Shown here: piece after piece, positions 24,781 through 27,180 of the stretch | Numbering within the stretch: position 1 is the first letter of the stretch | Layout of the letters: the number at the start of each line of letters is the position of its first letter | Assembly (NCBI GenBank): GCA_965649295.1 | Contig: CBFGKH010000016.1 | Location: 1-27,180, forward strand | DNA: 27,180 nt | Reading direction: 5' to 3' | DNA from: a candidate division WOR-3 bacterium | GTDB lineage: Bacteria; Hydrothermota; Tepidihabitantia; Tepidihabitantales; Tepidihabitantaceae | Notes under the pieces: model-generated | What the model saw: only the letters and a program-made list of their open reading frames with translations | What the model was told of the DNA's origin: nothing | The model's database searches: none | Position numbers and translations under genes: made by a program

Positions 24781-26421
24781 ATGATTAGATTCTTGCTGAC
24801 CACTACCCTGCTGGCGGTGGCCGCTTTTGGCCAGACTGATGCCGTCAGCATTCCGCAGTGCATCAACTATCAAGGCAAGCTGGCCGACCCCGCAGGAAAT
24901 CCGCTCTCCGACACGTTCACGATGACTTTTCGGCTCTACGAAGGTGCGGTTGAAATCTGGAATGAGACCCAGCTCGTGACCGTGACGAATGGCGTGTTCA
25001 ATGTCCTGCTGGGCAGTCTATCGCCGATAACCGAACTGCCCGGTAGCGGCAACTGCTCGCTGGCGGTTTTCGTCCGCGGCGAACAGGTCGGCAGCCGGAT
25101 TCCGCTGGTCAGCGTTCCTTATGCCTACGGCGCGATGGAAGCAGACAACGCCGACCGGCTCGACGGACTGCATGCCAGTGCGTTCAGTCCGGCCGGCCAC
25201 ACCCACAACTACGTCCAGTCGGTAACCGCCAGCGCTCCGCTCAGTTCCAGCGGCGGCCAGAACCCGCACTTGACCCTGAACACCGCGCTTGGTGGCGACC
25301 TGGGCGGTAACTATCCTAATGCGACGGTCACCGGGCTGCAGAGCCGACCGGTTGCCGCAACCGCGCCGACTAACGGCCAGGTACTGACTTGGAACGGCAC
25401 AGCTTGGGCGCCAATGGCCAGCGGTGCCGGCTCGAACTTCTGGACCAATGCCGGGACTTACATTCATCCCAACACACCGGCAAGCGGCAATTCCGGTATT
25501 CGTCTTTATCCGACTGGACCGGACTCGTTCAATCTCCACTCCCGAACCAATGCCACCAACCAATACGCCCTCTACGGTCTGGCGGCAACTACTACCGGCC
25601 AGACCGGCTACGGTGTTTGCGGCCGTGACCAGCAGTACAACGTCCGGGGCATCCTTGGCTACGGCAATCAGAATCTTTCGGTAACGCCCAAGGTCTATCC
25701 GGCCGGGGTTAGGGGCGAAGGCGGAACTCAGGGTGATGGCGTCTTCGGCACGGCGACCGGTCAGTATGTCTATGGCGTCATTGGCCGCAACCGGGGTGGC
25801 AATGGCGTCGGCGTAATTGGTGTCGGCAACGCTGCTGACACGATTCGTTGGCCAGCGGTCGGCTGTGGTGGTGCTTTCACCGGTGAGACCCTTGGCGTCT
25901 ATGGCTTTGCCAACAAGTGGAACAACGCGCCGGCTGGCGGCGGCTACTTCTACCATCAGATTCCGACTGTCGGTGGAGCGCAGAACTACTGCTGGGCGGC
26001 GATGTACACATCGAGCGGGCAGGGTTACCGAACCTACGGCGCTCTCCCCTGTGCCGGCACCATGGATACGCGCGAGGGACTGAAGACCCTTGTCTCCGTC
26101 GAGATGCCGGAGCCCCGCGTTGAGGACATCGGCCGCGGCCGACTCGTCAACGGCGAGGCGCGAATTGAGCTTGATCCCCTCTACCTTGACTGCATCGAGA
26201 TTAGCGATGCCGCGCCACTTGAAGTCTTTGTCCAGCTTCGCGGCGACTGCAATGGTGTCTATGTGACAACCGACAAGAGCGGTTTCGTGGTTCGCGAGCT
26301 GCGCGATGGCAAGAGCAACGTCGAGTTCAGCTACCGCGTTAGCGGCATCCGCAAGGGTGCCAGCGGCCAGCGGTTCGCGCATGGTGAGGGCCCGATTGCG
26401 ACACACGCTGACAGCCGCTAG
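24781..26421 (+). CDS. Secreted fibre-like protein (546 aa)
   Basis: SD GGAGGT; signal peptide; IPQCINYQGKLAD N-domain; SVPYA, ADRLDGLHASAF; GGDLGGNYPN; GQVLTWNGTAWAP; Gly-rich GVxG repeats; C-domain EDIGRGRLVNGEARIELDP...FSYRVSGIRKG. Confidence 0.88.
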   Translation: MIRFLLTTTLLAVAAFGQTDAVSIPQCINYQGKLADPAGNPLSDTFTMTFRLYEGAVEIWNETQLVTVTNGVFNVLLGSLSPITELPGSGNCSLAVFVRGEQVGSRIPLVSVPYAYGAMEADNADRLDGLHASAFSPAGHTHNYVQSVTASAPLSSSGGQNPHLTLNTALGGDLGGNYPNATVTGLQSRPVAATAPTNGQVLTWNGTAWAPMASGAGSNFWTNAGTYIHPNTPASGNSGIRLYPTGPDSFNLHSRTNATNQYALYGLAATTTGQTGYGVCGRDQQYNVRGILGYGNQNLSVTPKVYPAGVRGEGGTQGDGVFGTATGQYVYGVIGRNRGGNGVGVIGVGNAADTIRWPAVGCGGAFTGETLGVYGFANKWNNAPAGGGYFYHQIPTVGGAQNYCWAAMYTSSGQGYRTYGALPCAGTMDTREGLKTLVSVEMPEPRVEDIGRGRLVNGEARIELDPLYLDCIEISDAAPLEVFVQLRGDCNGVYVTTDKSGFVVRELRDGKSNVEFSYRVSGIRKGASGQRFAHGEGPIATHADSR

Positions 26422-26445
26422 CGGGCCAGGGCACTGGAGCCGAAG

Positions 26446-27180
26446 ATGATTCTTCTCCCAAGAACACTGCTGCTAGCGACGCTGGTCTCGGCGGCGCTGG
26501 CCCAGCCGGTACTGGTGCAGTCAACCTTCACCAGTGGCGGCACTGCTATTGGCGTGAGTCCGGGCTATCGGCTCGGTTCCTCCTTAGGGCTGCCAGTGCA
26601 GGGAGCCGGCAGTACTACCGAGCTTGTTGGCTGGTGGGGATTCTGGTACCCGGCTGACGGCAGCGTGCCGGTGCTTGATGCAAGCGCCGAAGCGATTGTG
26701 GCGCCGGTCGGCACGATTGATACGGCAGCAACGGTCATACCGCAGGCCCTGGTTCGCAATCGCAGTGCCGTCGGCGTCTCGTTTGATGTTGCCTTCTCCA
26801 TTCTGCGCGCTGGCCTGCCGGTTTACGGCGACACGGTTCGAGTGGTCGGACTCGCCGGTGGCAGCCTACTGGTAGTCTCCTTCGCAGAATGGAGCCGACC
26901 TCATCCAGTCGGCCTTTATGAAGCTCGCTGCACAACGATGCTGGTTCGCGACTCTGATCCGAGCAATGATCAGTGTCACAGTAGCTTCGTCGTCGTGAAC
27001 CGCATCCCTGGCCCGGGCTGGCATCCCAGCGACTCCTTGCCCGGCTTGACCAGAGTCAAGGACGGCGGCGGCATCACCTACAACGCCGACAAAGGCTTGA
27101 TGTATGCCATCAAGGGCGGCAAGACGAATGAGTTCTGGCAGTACAACCCGGTCGAGACGACCTGGACCAAGCTCACTGAC
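26446..27180 (+). CDS. Secreted modular protein, 3'-partial: short GG...GFW N-motif, CARDB-like domain, Kelch-like repeats
   Basis: Manually translated; 245 open codons to the window edge. MILLPRTLLLATLVSAALA; STFTSGG...YRLGSSLG...GWWGFWY; AIVAPVG...PQALVRN...DPSND; VKDGGGITY. Confidence 0.88.
   Translation, partial: MILLPRTLLLATLVSAALAQPVLVQSTFTSGGTAIGVSPGYRLGSSLGLPVQGAGSTTELVGWWGFWYPADGSVPVLDASAEAIVAPVGTIDTAATVIPQALVRNRSAVGVSFDVAFSILRAGLPVYGDTVRVVGLAGGSLLVVSFAEWSRPHPVGLYEARCTTMLVRDSDPSNDQCHSSFVVVNRIPGPGWHPSDSLPGLTRVKDGGGITYNADKGLMYAIKGGKTNEFWQYNPVETTWTKLTD
27054..27180 (+). repeat. Kelch-like cassette copy B (inverted repeat of 117-243)
   Basis: 125/127 identity to the reverse complement of 117-243; mismatches at 27168-27169; runs to the window end. 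Confidence 0.95.

Noticed and set aside
25018..26406. 462-aa minus-strand ORF
   Set aside because: Antisense shadow of the fibre gene; no motifs; long shadows are expected with GC-biased codon usage.
1..27180. Prophage, transposon or CRISPR explanation for the terminal inverted repeat and fibre gene
   Set aside because: No integrase, transposase, phage structural or cas genes and no spacer array; the repeats are in-frame coding sequence and the interval holds housekeeping genes.

Overview
GC-rich (roughly 60% by eye) bacterial chromosomal window. Gene content (modular secreted propeller/CARDB/FN3/Kelch proteins, YQGKL-type fibre protein, many lipoproteins) suggests an FCB-related lineage such as candidate division WOR-3; this is inference only. 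Both ends are partial, outward-pointing secreted-protein genes (absent from the ORF track) that share a 125/127-nt identical Kelch-like cassette in inverted orientation. Between them lie: an orphan NtrC-type sigma54 activator followed by a consensus -24/-12 promoter and a ~200-300 nt highly base-paired non-coding region (best candidate for an undescribed regulator-sRNA module); a TIM-barrel/NAD-epimerase operon converging on an SPT-like aminotransferase/acyl-CoA ligase/TPR/rubrerythrin operon (candidate sphingolipid pathway); a coiled-coil lipoprotein plus three paralogous FN3-like lipoproteins; an LpqC-type esterase; accD with an orphan MalK-type ATPase; a TPR-OmpA lipoprotein leading into pyrK-D-F-E; and a fibre-like protein with a partner. 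Several sigma70 promoters have a 16-bp spacer and sit 5 nt before the start codon (probably leaderless). No rRNA, tRNA, CRISPR array, transposase or integrase was seen. All calls come from reading the sequence by eye; no searches were run.
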